Positions 39,281 to 52,387 of a DNA stretch of 64,000 nt are shown here, one piece after another (positions within the stretch are counted from its first letter, which is position 1; each line of letters begins with the position of its first letter). Origin of the DNA: Phoronis australis (lineage: Eukaryota; Animalia; Phoronida); NCBI GenBank assembly GCA_002633005.1, contig NMRA01000282.1:333748-397747 (forward strand), given 5' to 3'. Under the pieces are notes generated by a model, which was given only the letters and a program-made list of their open reading frames with translations, was not told the origin of the DNA and made no database searches. The position numbers and the translations under genes are program-made.

Positions 39281-40112
39281 ACAGGCAATTTTATTCAGAC
39301 TGGGATATAAAGCTAGTGTGTGGTTTGGCACAAGATATTGTGACAGTGCTTTCCGAAAAGATTTTGCATCATTCGATACTTTACGCTATAAACAAATTAC
39401 CCATAGTACCGAAGTACTGGTGTTTGATGGGTTACACCTCTTCAATAAAACTATCTTGATTCTGTTTACTTTTTGTGTGCCTGTGCACTTACACTGTCTT
39501 AAGCTAATGTTAAAAGTGCTGTAGTCAATTTTTATGTGGCATAGACCTGTATTTGACGTAAAATGTTTTATAAAGTTTCTCGGTAAAAATAAATGTGTTT
39601 AATTCTGTCCTGGATAGATTCCTTATACCTGTAGAGGTCACATGGCATTACTTGGATAAGGGTAACTAAAGCTTGAGTTTTGTAGCCTAAGGGTAAATGT
39701 AACAATTGTAAATACCTTTGCTTTAGCAGTGTGTTGGGATGGAGCCTCTTTTAGTGATTTTTACGTACCGTTCTCATCCAGGTTACTGCCCAGGGCGCTT
39801 AAATTGGGAATCTAAAAAGCAGGGGGTGGGCGGTAAGCCGAGCATGGGCGTTAACCCCGCCGAGTCCGGTGGTACAGCGCATTTATGTGTGTAAGCCTAC
39901 TGGACAAAGTAGAGTTAACAACTGACTCAAAGACATCATTCCTCATCTTAGACTTCATTGATGGTAATTCGAGTTCACAGTTTCTAGATTAACAATGTAT
40001 AAGCGTCTTTCGCGTTGGAATGTTGTAGCTATTTACAGAAATCTGTTGCAATATAATTATTTGCTGATGTGTTTATATATCCGTATTAAAATTTTGAAAA
40101 TTTGATTTTGAT

Positions 40113-40168
40113 AAAAATAATTGCAGGCGAACTGATACACGTGTATCAGACCGCCTGCAATTATTTTT
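40113..40168. repeat. Near-perfect 56 bp palindrome
   Basis: aaaaataattgcaggcg-aa-ctgatacac|gtgtatcag-ac-cgcctgcaattattttt; 26 of 28 pairs match. Confidence 0.9.
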
Positions 40169-41503
40169 TGTATTCTTTTTTATACACATTGTACCAGACG
40201 TGTGCAGGCTGTGCATGTGGGCCCATTGCACTGATCACCTGGAACCATTTTTATGCTTTATTAATATATAGTTAAAACAAAGCTGGGAGCTAGAAACCTG
40301 ACTCAAGGGTTTAGCAGTGTGACCCTGTGGGTCTGCTTTGGTAGAGAATCAGTTAATGAAGAGTTAATGTTTAGGACCCCTCGAAAAAAATTAAAATTTG
40401 GCAAACTTTGGAACACGTCTCAGAAATTGGCTGATCGGGTTGAGTGACACTTTCAGATATCACGCTTTATGCGCTGTTTTCCATGCTAGGAATTGTTTAA
40501 TGTTCCACTTTTGCATGAGGGTTTGTCAACAATAGGACTTTTTATGGCTAGACAACAAAAACCATAAGTTTCATGTAACTAAAATGCAATGATAATTTCA
40601 GTTGAAAACTGTAATAGCATTTTTGAAATTTCATTTTAACCATTTATATCAAATGAAATTTTGTCATGTAATTTGTACCATTGTTTCGCTATGGATGTGC
40701 ATTTCTTTTTTGCTAGATTTCACTAAAAAGACATTGTCACATGACCCTATTAATAGCAAACTAGTGTAAAGTCAAACATCAAGCTCTTCATAGTTTCTAT
40801 TTTCAAAAAATATAATTTTGTAGATATTTGGCTATTAGTATGCAGTGATAAGTTGATGATGTCCTATACAAATTCTGCTGTAGTGTGGGCCATCTAAGTA
40901 AAATATGACCAGTTTCAGACAAAATTCATTGCCTAAAATGGTGTTTTTTTCATTTTTCAAAGGGCTGACTTCTAATGTTGTGAAAGCTTGCAAATTTTCA
41001 GTGTTATTATCAGATGGTAGCTGTGTTTTAGATCTTAAAGTGTGATAGCATTTATTTGGTGTTAATCTTTTACAAAAGAATGGCAAAATAAAATTTCACT
41101 TCTCGGCCATCTTGTGCCCTCAATTGGTACATTTTACCCTGCAGTGATCCAATACATTGATGACACACATGCCCCAGCATTGCATGCTGGGATTAATGAC
41201 TTTCCAAAGGCGAGAATCAATTTGACTTAGGAAACACTTTCTTATTATTTTTATCTCGGCTTCCTGGAGAGCTAAGTTGTAGTAGGCGTAAAACTCTGGA
41301 TTTCACGCTTGACTGTCTTTGTGGTGTGATTGGAACTTGCATGGCTAGCTTTTTAGCTCTCAATTTTTCCCTGATTTTCCCTTCTCAACCTCATGCTTCC
41401 TTGTTTATGGTTGGATATTTTTAACTGCCTTCGTTATGTTGCTGCTCAGGGTTTTTAAACTCGGATACCTTCCTACTAAAACGAGAGTGACCTTTTCTTG
41501 CAG

Positions 41504-41691
41504 GGTCCTTTGGATTCACGTGTCAGACATGCGGGGCTACTTACACTGATCGCAGCAACTTAAGGCGACATATCCGCCAGAAACACGAGGGAGTTCGTTA
41601 CAAATGCCCAGCGTGCCCTGAGGAATTAATATCCACCGAAGCTGTTAAACGACATATGAGAGTGTCTCATAACTGGCAAACGCCTTACTGA
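41504..41691 (+). CDS. ZnF alternative terminal exon 20 (divergent)
   Basis: ccttttcttgcag|gg; (G)SFGFTCQTCGATYTDRSNLRRHIRQKHEGVRYKCPACPEELISTEAVKRHMRVSHNWQTPY*. AATAAA at ~41819; not in the ORF track. Confidence 0.9.
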
Positions 41692-42970
41692 TTATAAGTA
41701 AATGCCTTTTGTCTGCTATATTGCTCTACATAATTTACATTAAGTCAATTGTGCCTTTTGTACATCTTTTTAGCCTGTTTCTGCAGAATACACGGTATTC
41801 TTCAGGACTACCATGTTTAATAAAACATATTTTTGTATGTTTTAAGAATGGTTGAATCTGCACCCAATCTTATGATCTCTGTTTCTTTTTCTCTCCATTC
41901 TGCATGTCTGCTCTCTAGTCTTCCATCTTCTTATCTCTATCTTTTCTCTTTTACGTTTCTCCCCAGTAGTAGATTTTAAAGTAAGCTCATGTTGTTTAAA
42001 CCCACTCTCAGGGGAGACAACCAAAAATGCCTCTTCAAAAGACCAGTGCCACCAGCGGTAATAAACCCCTCCACAGATGGGAAGTTGAGATACCGGCTAC
42101 TGCTCCCCTTGGCTAATTGCTGTCTCCTCACTCTTTCAGTCTATTGTTTATGACTGTCTCTGCCCCATTGCTCTTTTATGAGGACAGGTAACATAACAAT
42201 TATGGGATGCTGTATTAGGGAATAGTTTATGTCAGACATAAGGAAATCAAATGGCATTGGTCAATCTTGCATACCATGAATGGATTGGGATGAATGGAAT
42301 GTCTAAATTGATTAGCACAGCAACAGTGAACAGTAGGGATAGGAGCACTCTCCAATGCACAATATCAGAGTGCTGCTTTTGTATTTCAGGATGTAGCAAT
42401 TGTCACAGTGTGGAGCTTTAAGATGACTGGACTCTTCTCAGAATTTGGTTTCATGCAGTAATCTCCGCTGATATCTTAGGGGTACCCTATGACTGATTTC
42501 TCGGTCTTTGAAGGTTACATGGAGTTGTCACCAACACTGGGTGCAATGACTGAAACAATCCCTGAACTTTCAACAACATAATGAAATTAGTCTTCCTCCA
42601 ATAAACCCTGTTGGTGACTTACAAACATAATCTTACTGTAGTACATTCCAATATCTGTTGCTCACTAGCCATGTGTTTGATGTGTCTTGCATATTCTTGG
42701 TCATGTGTACCATACGCAAGACAGTGTGGAAACTAAACAATACCCATGTTTGTCGTTTTTCTATAATGTTCATGTTGTTTGCACATGAACACTTTGTCTC
42801 AAACTAAATATAGGAAAACATTTATTCTTAAATTGTTGATAGTGCTAAAGAAAATTTTAATAATGCTTTTGTTTTTTTATATTTATTTTTGTTTGTTGCT
42901 CCACTTGGTGTGAATAACAGCCTGTAGTCGTTGATGGACCGGTCACTGAATACCTTCTCTGTTGTTCCAG

Positions 42971-43179
42971 GATTCATGTGCGCTGTGTGTAAGAACCAGT
43001 CGTATTCCCATGTGTCGGCTTTAAAAACGCACATTAAAGCACAACACCTTGGACTACGCCAAACATGTCACCTTTGTTTCGCGACATTCAAGTACTCCTC
43101 CCAGAAGACACGTCATCTACACAAGTTCCATAATATCATTGACTTTCGTGAACTAGGACCGACGTCTGATCAGCAGTGA
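42971..43179 (+). CDS. ZnF alternative terminal exon 21
   Basis: ctctgttgttccag|ga; (G)FMCAVCKNQSYSHVSALKTHIKAQHLGLRQTCHLCFATFKYSSQKTRHLHKFHNIIDFRELGPTSDQQ*. Confidence 0.9.
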
Positions 43180-45236
43180 TCTGTGTAATACAACTGAGTG
43201 TCATTGGCCCTGAGAGGTGGAAGTGATTGCTGACCTCAGTAATGGGCCTAAAGTTACATTAGTTCGAAGATGATGTTGGTCCATTGATCTTAAAGTTCTT
43301 GGCCCGTCATGCGATTGTTCACAAGATTCATTTGTTCAGAGGTCTGCTGATCTGAAAATCCGTTAGTCTTGAACGTTCTCTGAACTGACGGCCTTAAGTT
43401 TGATTTTCTGTTTTTAAGCAAGCTGAACAATTATGTCAAAGTGCTGCTTTAAAGCGACATCATTGGCGAAGAATGTCATTTTATGAGATCAGTCTCAGCA
43501 TGGAATCAAACCCATAACCCTTACAATCATCACAGTTTAATGCTCTGCCGGTGGCACTAAACTCCACACAACAAATGGCGAAGTGTTTTTAGCATATTTA
43601 ACTGATAAAGTCACCAGTCTTGATTTCAGCGATTGACAGACAACACCAAGAATTGGTGATTTGTAGTCTAGTCACAAAAACAACGAATTTTGTTGTTTTG
43701 TAGTGCTGGTCATAGGTAATAACTTCAAGAAGTCTATCCCATCTTACAATAATCCAAAAATGCGTTTTCAGCCGTAAATCTATAATGTCCCTATAAGAGA
43801 CTCTAGAGTTGCGTCTTCAAAGTTTGTCACAAGATGGCGCTTCAAAAATGTGCCTTCCATAATGTTTTAAATAATGAAGAATCATGTATGTGTCCATATA
43901 GTAAGTGAAGTGGTATGCTCATAGGTGTGTGATAGTGAATATTGAATCAAGTATTGAATAATTGTGTCAACACCTACCAATACCTCCATTGACACTGCAT
44001 CAAAGTTTCAGTGGTCTGTTAAATCCACCTTTTATTGTGAATGTAAATAGCAATTTTGACTTCAGTTCATTAAGACTAAAATTAATATTTTACCTTGACC
44101 ATCACCCAAAAACATTGCTGCAACGCAGTTGTTATGACGGGCATTTCAGGTTTTGCATACAGCTCAATGAAGTGGAGTATGAACAGATGGTTTTTAAGTG
44201 TGAATAGGAGGTTAGTCGAAATTACATCTTAGAGAAGTCTCCTCTGATGAATTGTGACACTGAGTTGATAGCACTGTGGTGATCAGCCTATTACCCATAT
44301 ATATAAGTGGAGACTGGCCTCCTTTTTTACCTCAGTCAATAGGTTAAATGTGCCAGACATGAGGATTATTGCTTACTGGATTCGTCTGCTTGCCTTATTC
44401 TCATAAGTGCTGTTCCTATGTGAAATTTAGTGAAGGTAATCCTTACAGTCAAGTATTTTTTCTGCTAAAATTTTAATTCCACCAAATTTGCTTGGATGAA
44501 TAACGGGAAAGGTTACTCATGAGTTAACACGGTTTGCTTACTCAATTGATAGTACTATTGCCAATAGGAGCGACGAAACTTCCTTTTTGCTGACAGTCAG
44601 CAGGAATCCATGAGGACACCCGAGTGCTTTTGGAATTAATCCACACAATTTTTTCCTGAAATATTTCTGCTGTTTCGAAATGTGTGGGACTGTAGGTATA
44701 GCAGTCATGCAGATGTCTACCACAGCGTTTTCATACAATAGACAATTTCCTTGGCTATGGTCTTGCAGAAACGTGTCAGCTGCGAGGGGTGTCTCATGAC
44801 CTCTGATGAAACAATGCCCGGAGCTGAGTTTTGGCCTCTGCTGAAGCTTCATGTCTTGCGGGCAGTGTAGCTTTAAATTGGGAAGGAGTGAATGTATTAA
44901 GAAAATCTGTTATGGTAGAAATAAATAAGTCTAATTAGTCCAGTTGGTGTTGTGTCATTGTAGAACTGTGTGTAGATAAACATATTGAGTAAACGAGTAA
45001 ACGAAACTTTGATTTTGTTTAATTTATGATGGTTTTAATAATAAACTCGGACTGAATTTGATATATTCTGTTTCTGTTATTTTGAACTCAAAAGCATCCA
45101 ATTAGTCAGTTTATATGGTGTTTATCCAGGTTAGAGAATAGTTATTATTTAAAGTTGGCAGTGTAAAGTTAGGTAGTACTGTTTTAATTAAATTGAATTA
45201 AATTTCAGTAAAAAGTAGGCATTCTTGCAGTACTCC

Positions 45237-45325
45237 AGCTCTGTTATAATGGCAATACAATGGATCGTGCTCTGTTGTATTGGCAATACAATGGTACTGC
45301 TCTGTTGTATTGGCAATAACAATGT
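45237..45325. repeat. About 30 bp tandem repeat (gctctgttgtattggcaatacaatgg) x3
   Basis: Direct observation. Confidence 0.85.
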
Positions 45326-45949
45326 TCTACTTGACTTGAGTTACATTGCCAAAGATTTTTTTTGCTAATCATGAGAACATTCTTGAACAGCAAGATTTAA
45401 AGCCAGTTTGTGAATATCAACCATACAATCATGTGAGGAATTTTTTGTTGATTTTGAAAAATAAAAGACAAAGGTGCATTAAATCTGTGCCCAAAATCAA
45501 AAGTAGTTCTTGAACAGAAACCGCAGCTGCCAACCTGGTGCTAGGCGGAAGTAATTATCACCTGCGATTACATACATCAACTGGTATGGATCTTCTTTTT
45601 GGGGTGGTATTCGCATCAGCTGTCCGTGGCTTTACATGGGCGACTACTGCCTTGTGCTAGGAATCTGATATCTGAGGGTGGACTTCGGTTTAAAGTTGGG
45701 CAAGTTGCACCAGAGCAAATTGCACCTTTGTGTGTGGATGGCACCAGTTGTCTAATAAGACTAGATGAATAGGTAACCCAAGCTTTCCCACCTGGTGTAC
45801 ATAACAGCGACAACACCGGATACCCAGTGGAAAGTAGACTGAAGGGTGAGAGAATTTTTTTAAATAAAAAATTATGTAAAACAATCAACACTTCATTTAC
45901 TGACTACCTGTACATAAGATAAACTTTCCAAGTAATCAACAGTAGCTTA

Positions 45950-47245
45950 CTTTTTATGCACCCACATATTTATACACTGTATGTGGACGCATTATGCCGT
46001 CATCTGCGTCAGTCCGGCGGGCGTCTGTCCGGCGTCCGCTGCTCTATCTCCAAAACAGATTGATTTATGTTCATGAAATTTTGCACAGGTGTTCCCTTCA
46101 TGGATGGGACGGCATGAGCGAACTTCCAAATGGTTCTGACTACCAGTGGCAATTTCAGTTTTTTACGTTTATCTCTGTATCTTCAAACTTAAGGTCCTCA
46201 ACGTATCTTCATAAAATTTGGTATGTAGGCATCTATCAGTGAGACGACAATATGCTCTCGTTTTCGGATGGATTCGACATAGTTTGCGTCACCTAGTGGC
46301 CATTTTTACTATTTTCGAGTCTGTTTTTTGACGTCCACCCCTATATCAACCAAACCACTCTAAATATGATTGTGAAAATTGGCATGTATGATCTTACTAT
46401 GAAGTGGACAGCTGACGATTTTCCGATGGCTTCGACTACAGTGGCACCTCCTAGTGGCAGTTTTGTTTTTTTCTGCGCCTATGCCTGTATCTCCTAAACC
46501 GTTCACAGGATCTTTACTAAATTTAGAAAGTGTATTTATATGATGTAGACAATGAACGACGATAACTTTTGGATGGATCTGACTTCTAGTGTGCCCCCTA
46601 GTGGCAATTTCAGTTTTTTATGTTTAACTCTGTATGTTCAAAGGTCCTCAACAGGTTTTCATAAAATTTTAAATATGAGCATCTATTGGTGAGGTGACGC
46701 TATCCTCCTGTTTTTGGATGGAATCAAGGTATTTTGTGTCACCTGGTGGCCATTTTTGCTGTTTTTGAATCTTGTTTTTGGCGTTAACCCCTCTATCAAC
46801 CAAATCATTCTAGGGATGGTTTTAAAAAATGGCATACAAAGGTGACAACGTTTGATTATGGCGACTGACTACTGTGGTGCCTCCTAGTGGTAGTTTTGTT
46901 TTGTTTTGTGCCCATAGCTGTATCTCCTAAACCCACTGCTGGATCTTTATTGAATTTAGTGAGTATTTGTAATGAAGATAATAACAGATGACGAAGGAGT
47001 TTCTGGTGGATCCAACGGACGCTGTGCCCCACTGAAGTGGCAATTTCATTTTATTCTGTTTTCCTTTGTTTTTCTGAGGTTCCTTGACACATTTTTATGA
47101 AATATGGCATGTTCCTGTTTTTAGATGGATTGTACGTTTTTGTGCCATCTGGTGGCCATTTTTATGATGCAAATAGATAACCCTGAAAGCACACCATTTG
47201 AGATGCATGCGTGGGCGCATTTCGATGCTCTGCATTACTCTTGTT
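45950..47245 (+). mobile_element. Non-autonomous Helentron/HINE (DINE-1-like) element with internal ~150 bp tandem repeats
   Basis: Starts tttttatgcacccac, has a cgtc(c/t)gtcc microsatellite-like tract, about 8 internal monomers arranged in ~450 bp trimers, a subterminal inverted copy gtgggcgcat, and ends ctcttgtt. Confidence 0.7.
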
Positions 47246-49288
47246 ATTTATCCAATACATACAAGACATTTCAACCATTTTAAGCCACATATACATATGT
47301 AAATTATGAGCTACCTATGTCTGGCAATAGTAAATGAGCATTCGACATGTACTTTTCACAAACTATTCAAGTATGCAGGGCTTTGAATTTCCCCCTTTAA
47401 GAGGATTTCCTCCTTTGGTTTCAATTTCCTCCTATTTGATTTCCAGTCTCCTCTTTTTTTGTCTCCTGTTGATCATGATTTTGACTTTATTCATGCAAAA
47501 ACGTTTATTTCAGTTAAATTTTACAACACAAGAAATATTTCTGTTACACAAGCTTATGTATTTGTGGATTGATACATCACCTGGAAAATTTTCCTCTTTT
47601 TTTGTCGATTATTCCAAGCCCCGAGTATGATATTTAAAAACTTAAAATGGAACATCAAAAAATACTACTGTCGCCACCTAGTGTTTACAGCCATGTTTAT
47701 AATGGGCAATTTTGCACCTGATTACTCACGTTAATTTCCAAAGAAGATAACATTAGCGGAAAGTCCTTGGCAGCTTCTTTGAAGATAAAGTTACAGTGGG
47801 TTGGTTTGTTGAGTTGTCCAGGGTGATGGTGGTGTGTATGTCACACAGTGTGGGATTCTGTTCATGTTTATTTAATGCTTTCTGTATGGTTTTCCTGGTA
47901 TGTTTTATTGCTACAATAGAAGCCTGCAAGTATTCTGTCATTTAAACGGTCCACAATTCCCTCATCATGACAGCTAGGCAAAAGCCAAATTAATTTCATA
48001 GTAGTCGTCTTTCATGACCGACAATGAAGGTGAATTAACAGATAGTAAGGTGGTTATTACCCATTCTGTTATTAGAATTGTGCCCATGTAATAGTTGCGG
48101 TGACCAGCCATTTTTGGTGTTCACAGACGTTAGCCATAGTGATGGGCAAATGGTATTTTGTCTAATCACTTTTGTCTTGTAGTGTAGCTTGAACAAGTAG
48201 GTTCAAGAAGTTTTTTAATGTCATAGCAATAACTAAAATAAGGATTCCCATGAATGTAACAATTGCGGCTATTACTTTTCTTCATTTAATTGAAGTTACA
48301 AAGTAGGTCCTCTCACAACCATGACTCTGATACCTTGCTTTACAGTTCATTTATTTATTTATTTGGCACATTCCAATTATAAAATGACATTTAAAACTTA
48401 TGTTGTGCAATATTTAGTAAGGCTATGTGGGAACTTATAGATAATTTTGTGTATTTGGCCAAATATCTACGAAGTAGAATGTGTGAAGAGTGGGATTTTT
48501 TACTTCAGTGATGTCATCTGCCATCAATTTTGTCACACGAGGTCTTTTTTGAAATTTAGCAAAGCAGAAAGTTTGATTCATATTCAAATTTCATTTGATG
48601 TAAATGTCTGATGAAATTTCAAGCACTTACGTTTTCTGAATTATTTTCATGATTTTCGTTTTATGCAAATTTTTTTTTTTTTTCTTAAAAATCATTAAAT
48701 TCTTACTTTTGAAAGCACCTCATGTAAATTCAAAATTGAAGAAATTAAAAGAGCTCTGCTTTGGAGAATAGTGCATCAAACGAATGTTTGAGAAGTTTTA
48801 CATGAATCCAATGGATTACCGGTATATCCGAGATATGTTTTTAAGTTATCCAATTCACCGTTTTCCAGCCTTGCTGTAACATTTGAGTCCGATGAAACTG
48901 TAGTGCACTTCATGTACACTTTGAGGAATTGAAAGATGATAGGACTTAAGTGATTTCTATGAAAATTTTTCCAAGACGAAAATAGAATGCAAATTTAGAA
49001 AAAAATGAACGGTTCATTTGAACATCTGTATCAAAGGAACTGTTCATTTTTTCTAAATTTTATCTATATCACGTGGTCACATGACCCAATTAATGACAAA
49101 TTGGTAGAATTAGTCAAAAATCAAATTTCACAATCTTTCTACTTTCTCTGTCACTAGTTAAAATTTATACTTTTTGCAGATGTATGTCCAATTCACTGAA
49201 TTACCAATAAGCTCCAGCAAAACCTAATTTGAGAGCATTTTACCTTGCCACAGTTATGCAGTTCTTGACTCATCCGTTTTGTTTGTAG

Positions 49289-49467
49289 GACTCTTTTTGT
49301 GTGGATACTGTGGGCACAGTGCATTCACCCGCATGACCATGAGAAGGCATCTACGAATAAAGCACCTCAATCTCTTTTATGAGTGTCCCCACTGCTTCAT
49401 GCAGTTTGACTATGACAATCAGCTGAGGCGGCATTTGCTTAAAGACCACAATATCATGAGAAAATAA
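49289..49467 (+). CDS. ZnF alternative terminal exon 22
   Basis: cgttttgtttgtag|ga; (G)LFLCGYCGHSAFTRMTMRRHLRIKHLNLFYECPHCFMQFDYDNQLRRHLLKDHNIMRK*. Confidence 0.9.
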
Positions 49468-50358
49468 GACTGAGGTAGGGTACACTAATATGAGGACTGA
49501 ATGTGTAATTGTATGCATTGAATGATTTGGAAGTCTTTCATACTTTCTCGATGCTACCAAGGCATTTGATTGAGTGAATCGTGTTAAATTGTTCAACTTT
49601 CTCATTAGTAGAGGGTTGCCTGGGATATATTGCAAGAATATTATTATTTGTTATTCTCAAGAACATGCGTTGGGGCAAGACATGTTGGTACATGTATACT
49701 TGGTGTTGTTCTACCTTTCAATGTCTACCTGGATGGTCTTGGCTCACTTTTGAATGAGTATAAAATTGGCTGTATAGTATCTAATGTGTATATCAATCAT
49801 CGTACTGTATGTATGAAAACAGGTCTTGTTCTGTTCTCACCTTCAGTTGCTGGTCTTTGTAAAAACTTATATATTTTACAATTCAAATTATGAATCTTTT
49901 GCTGTCTGATGCAAGAATATTAGTTCAATTGTAAAATCAAAACATATTTGCAACAACACGAAGTGCGTACATCTGTTTAATGAAACTTCATGGAAAAATA
50001 AAACATTTTATCATCGGCCCACATAAGAGGAAACAAAAATATTTAAAGTGATTGTACACTCGCATTCCATGAGACAAACTAGATACATCACTTCTGAGTG
50101 AAACTGATCTGGTCCTTTTTCCCCATCTCAGGTGGCTGGTGGTTTGGGGGCATCCTGGAAAAAAATGACTGTTCTTTATCGTTTGACTTAAGACCATGCT
50201 CGACATGTAGTGACATGCTAAGCTACTGTATAGAGCCTGGTCTCAATCAATAACGAACTGTCCAAGGCCAGGGTGACCTAACACTGACATATAGTGATGG
50301 CTGACGTACATCAGTGTCGTGTTTTCACGAATGACAACCAATTCTCGTTTTCTTGTAG

Positions 50359-50540
50359 GTGTGGTCGTTTGTGGGTATTGTGGGGAGAACTTTGCGACGA
50401 AGGCATCTCTAAGAAACCATGTGCGAATCAAACATCTTAACATATACCACGAGTGCCCTCATTGTATCTTAAGGTTTAATTACAACACACAATTGGCAAG
50501 ACACTTGATTAAGGTTCACAATATTATGCCAAAACAGTAA
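50359..50540 (+). CDS. ZnF alternative terminal exon 23
   Basis: tcgttttcttgtag|gt; (G)VVVCGYCGENFATKASLRNHVRIKHLNIYHECPHCILRFNYNTQLARHLIKVHNIMPKQ*. Paralog of exon 22. Confidence 0.9.
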
Positions 50541-52387
50541 TGGCGCCAGGTGAAGAGGTAAGATCCCTAAGGTCCAATACAAGTGAAGCACATTTCATTT
50601 TTGCTGGAAACATTTCTCTGTTTGATCCAGGAAACACCTGTGTTGAGACAGGGATTTCAAACACCTGTTTAGTTGTAACTGCAAACAACGAGCCAGCGGA
50701 GAGTTTCCAAACCGAGATATCAGTCTGGCCTCTTGTTAAGTGTCTAGCAGGGCACTCAGGCCAATTATATACTAGGAGTAACAGAAAGGAACCTAGATCA
50801 GCCTTTATGATAATGCCATCTGTTGGCACTTGTATATCTATTAAAAAATTCATGGCCAGTTACCATGTAATGCTGTGGAGTTTCGAATGCCTTGAGTGAC
50901 TCCATCTGAGTGACCAGATAGGAAACCAGCTTATTGCTTAGCTTGCACCATACTATTCCTCAGTTATTTGGCCCAAACACTGGCAGCTTCATCAGTGAGT
51001 CTTGAGTAATGATGTTGTTCTTTCAGAGTTGCTCGTCATAACTAACTGAGATCAATATGTCGGCAGCATAACGCAACTCAAAAGTTGATCTATAGACATT
51101 CCCTCGAGAATGGAACCATTAGCTGTCGGTGCTAAAGCTGCTATTAAACCTGCCTTCCATGAAAAACTAGTTTTTGATTTCGACCTATTAGCTAGTGAAA
51201 CTCGTCCCATTTTGTTCTTTACTCAGATTAGAAAAGTCATTTTGTTATTACTCACGAGAACGTGATGCGCAACAACGAAGTTGGCTTAAATGTTGAAAAT
51301 CACCAGTTTTAGTCCACGGTATATCTACTTACCGGTATTTTCATGGAACCATTGCTAACATGGTAGTTACTCTACTTCACAAAATTCTTCAAGGGCTTCT
51401 GACACTGTCTGTAATGCCAACAATTTTTCAAACTTTGTCTGATCCTAACAGTGTGGTTCAAAACTTGAAAATGGAAAAGCGTTTAGTTTGGTGTTGCATG
51501 TAGAAAAATGATAAACTTTCACCTGTTGGCCATATTGTGCCCTAATACTGGAGAAAGTATACTGTCAAATTGAAATATTCTTTAAAATTAGATTGTGGGC
51601 ATAATGGATACCTGTTGCTGCTCAGGTCATTTATTTCTTCATTGATGCAGTGTCCAACATGACCGGAGTGGAGGTGGGCAGCGCCTTAATTTGGATGGCC
51701 GGAGCTTCAGTTTGGGTGGGCGATGCTTTCCAGTGATTGGCGCTCAAGGTTATGCTTTCTTTAGCTGTGCACCAGGAATGTCCTTGGCAAAAGTCTTTTA
51801 TACTCGTGAATGGTAGACATATTTGTAGTGTTTTGACTGGGTCTTGTCGAAGGTCATCTTTTTGCGAAGAATTTAGTGACTTATTTCTAATATTAGAATC
51901 ATTTAAGGTATGGAACTATATATACCAGTAGGTGTTATGTCCCTTGACAGTCTGGCAGTTCTAGTCTATCACCAACGAGGTATTAGCTGACAATGTCTCT
52001 ATAGAGCAGAAGTTTGCGATAGCTCAAGTAGCAAAGACTGGAAGGGCCTGCCCCCAACAATGTCGTAAGCAAGATCTATCATCTCGACCAGATCTATCCA
52101 CATTTTTTCTGACCTAGCTATTGTGATGGCTAATGTTTTATGGTCATGGGTATAATTAGGTGACAAGCCTTCAATTCAGATATAATCGGATAAGAAACAG
52201 TAATTGTGACCTGAGCTTTAATGATCAGCCTGATAGTGAATGTGGATATAGAAGGGGTCAAGCTGACCATGTGACATGATTGGAGAAATTCAAATGATTT
52301 CTCCAAGTTGATCCTAATTTCATTTTAAGGGGATATTTACAGCACGAAAATCTGCCTATGGTTTAAAAATATTATTTTTAGTTGCAG

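Noticed and set aside
50120-50210. Acceptor-like ccccatctcag|gtggctgg before exon 23
   Set aside because: No Cys/His pattern follows; could be chance.
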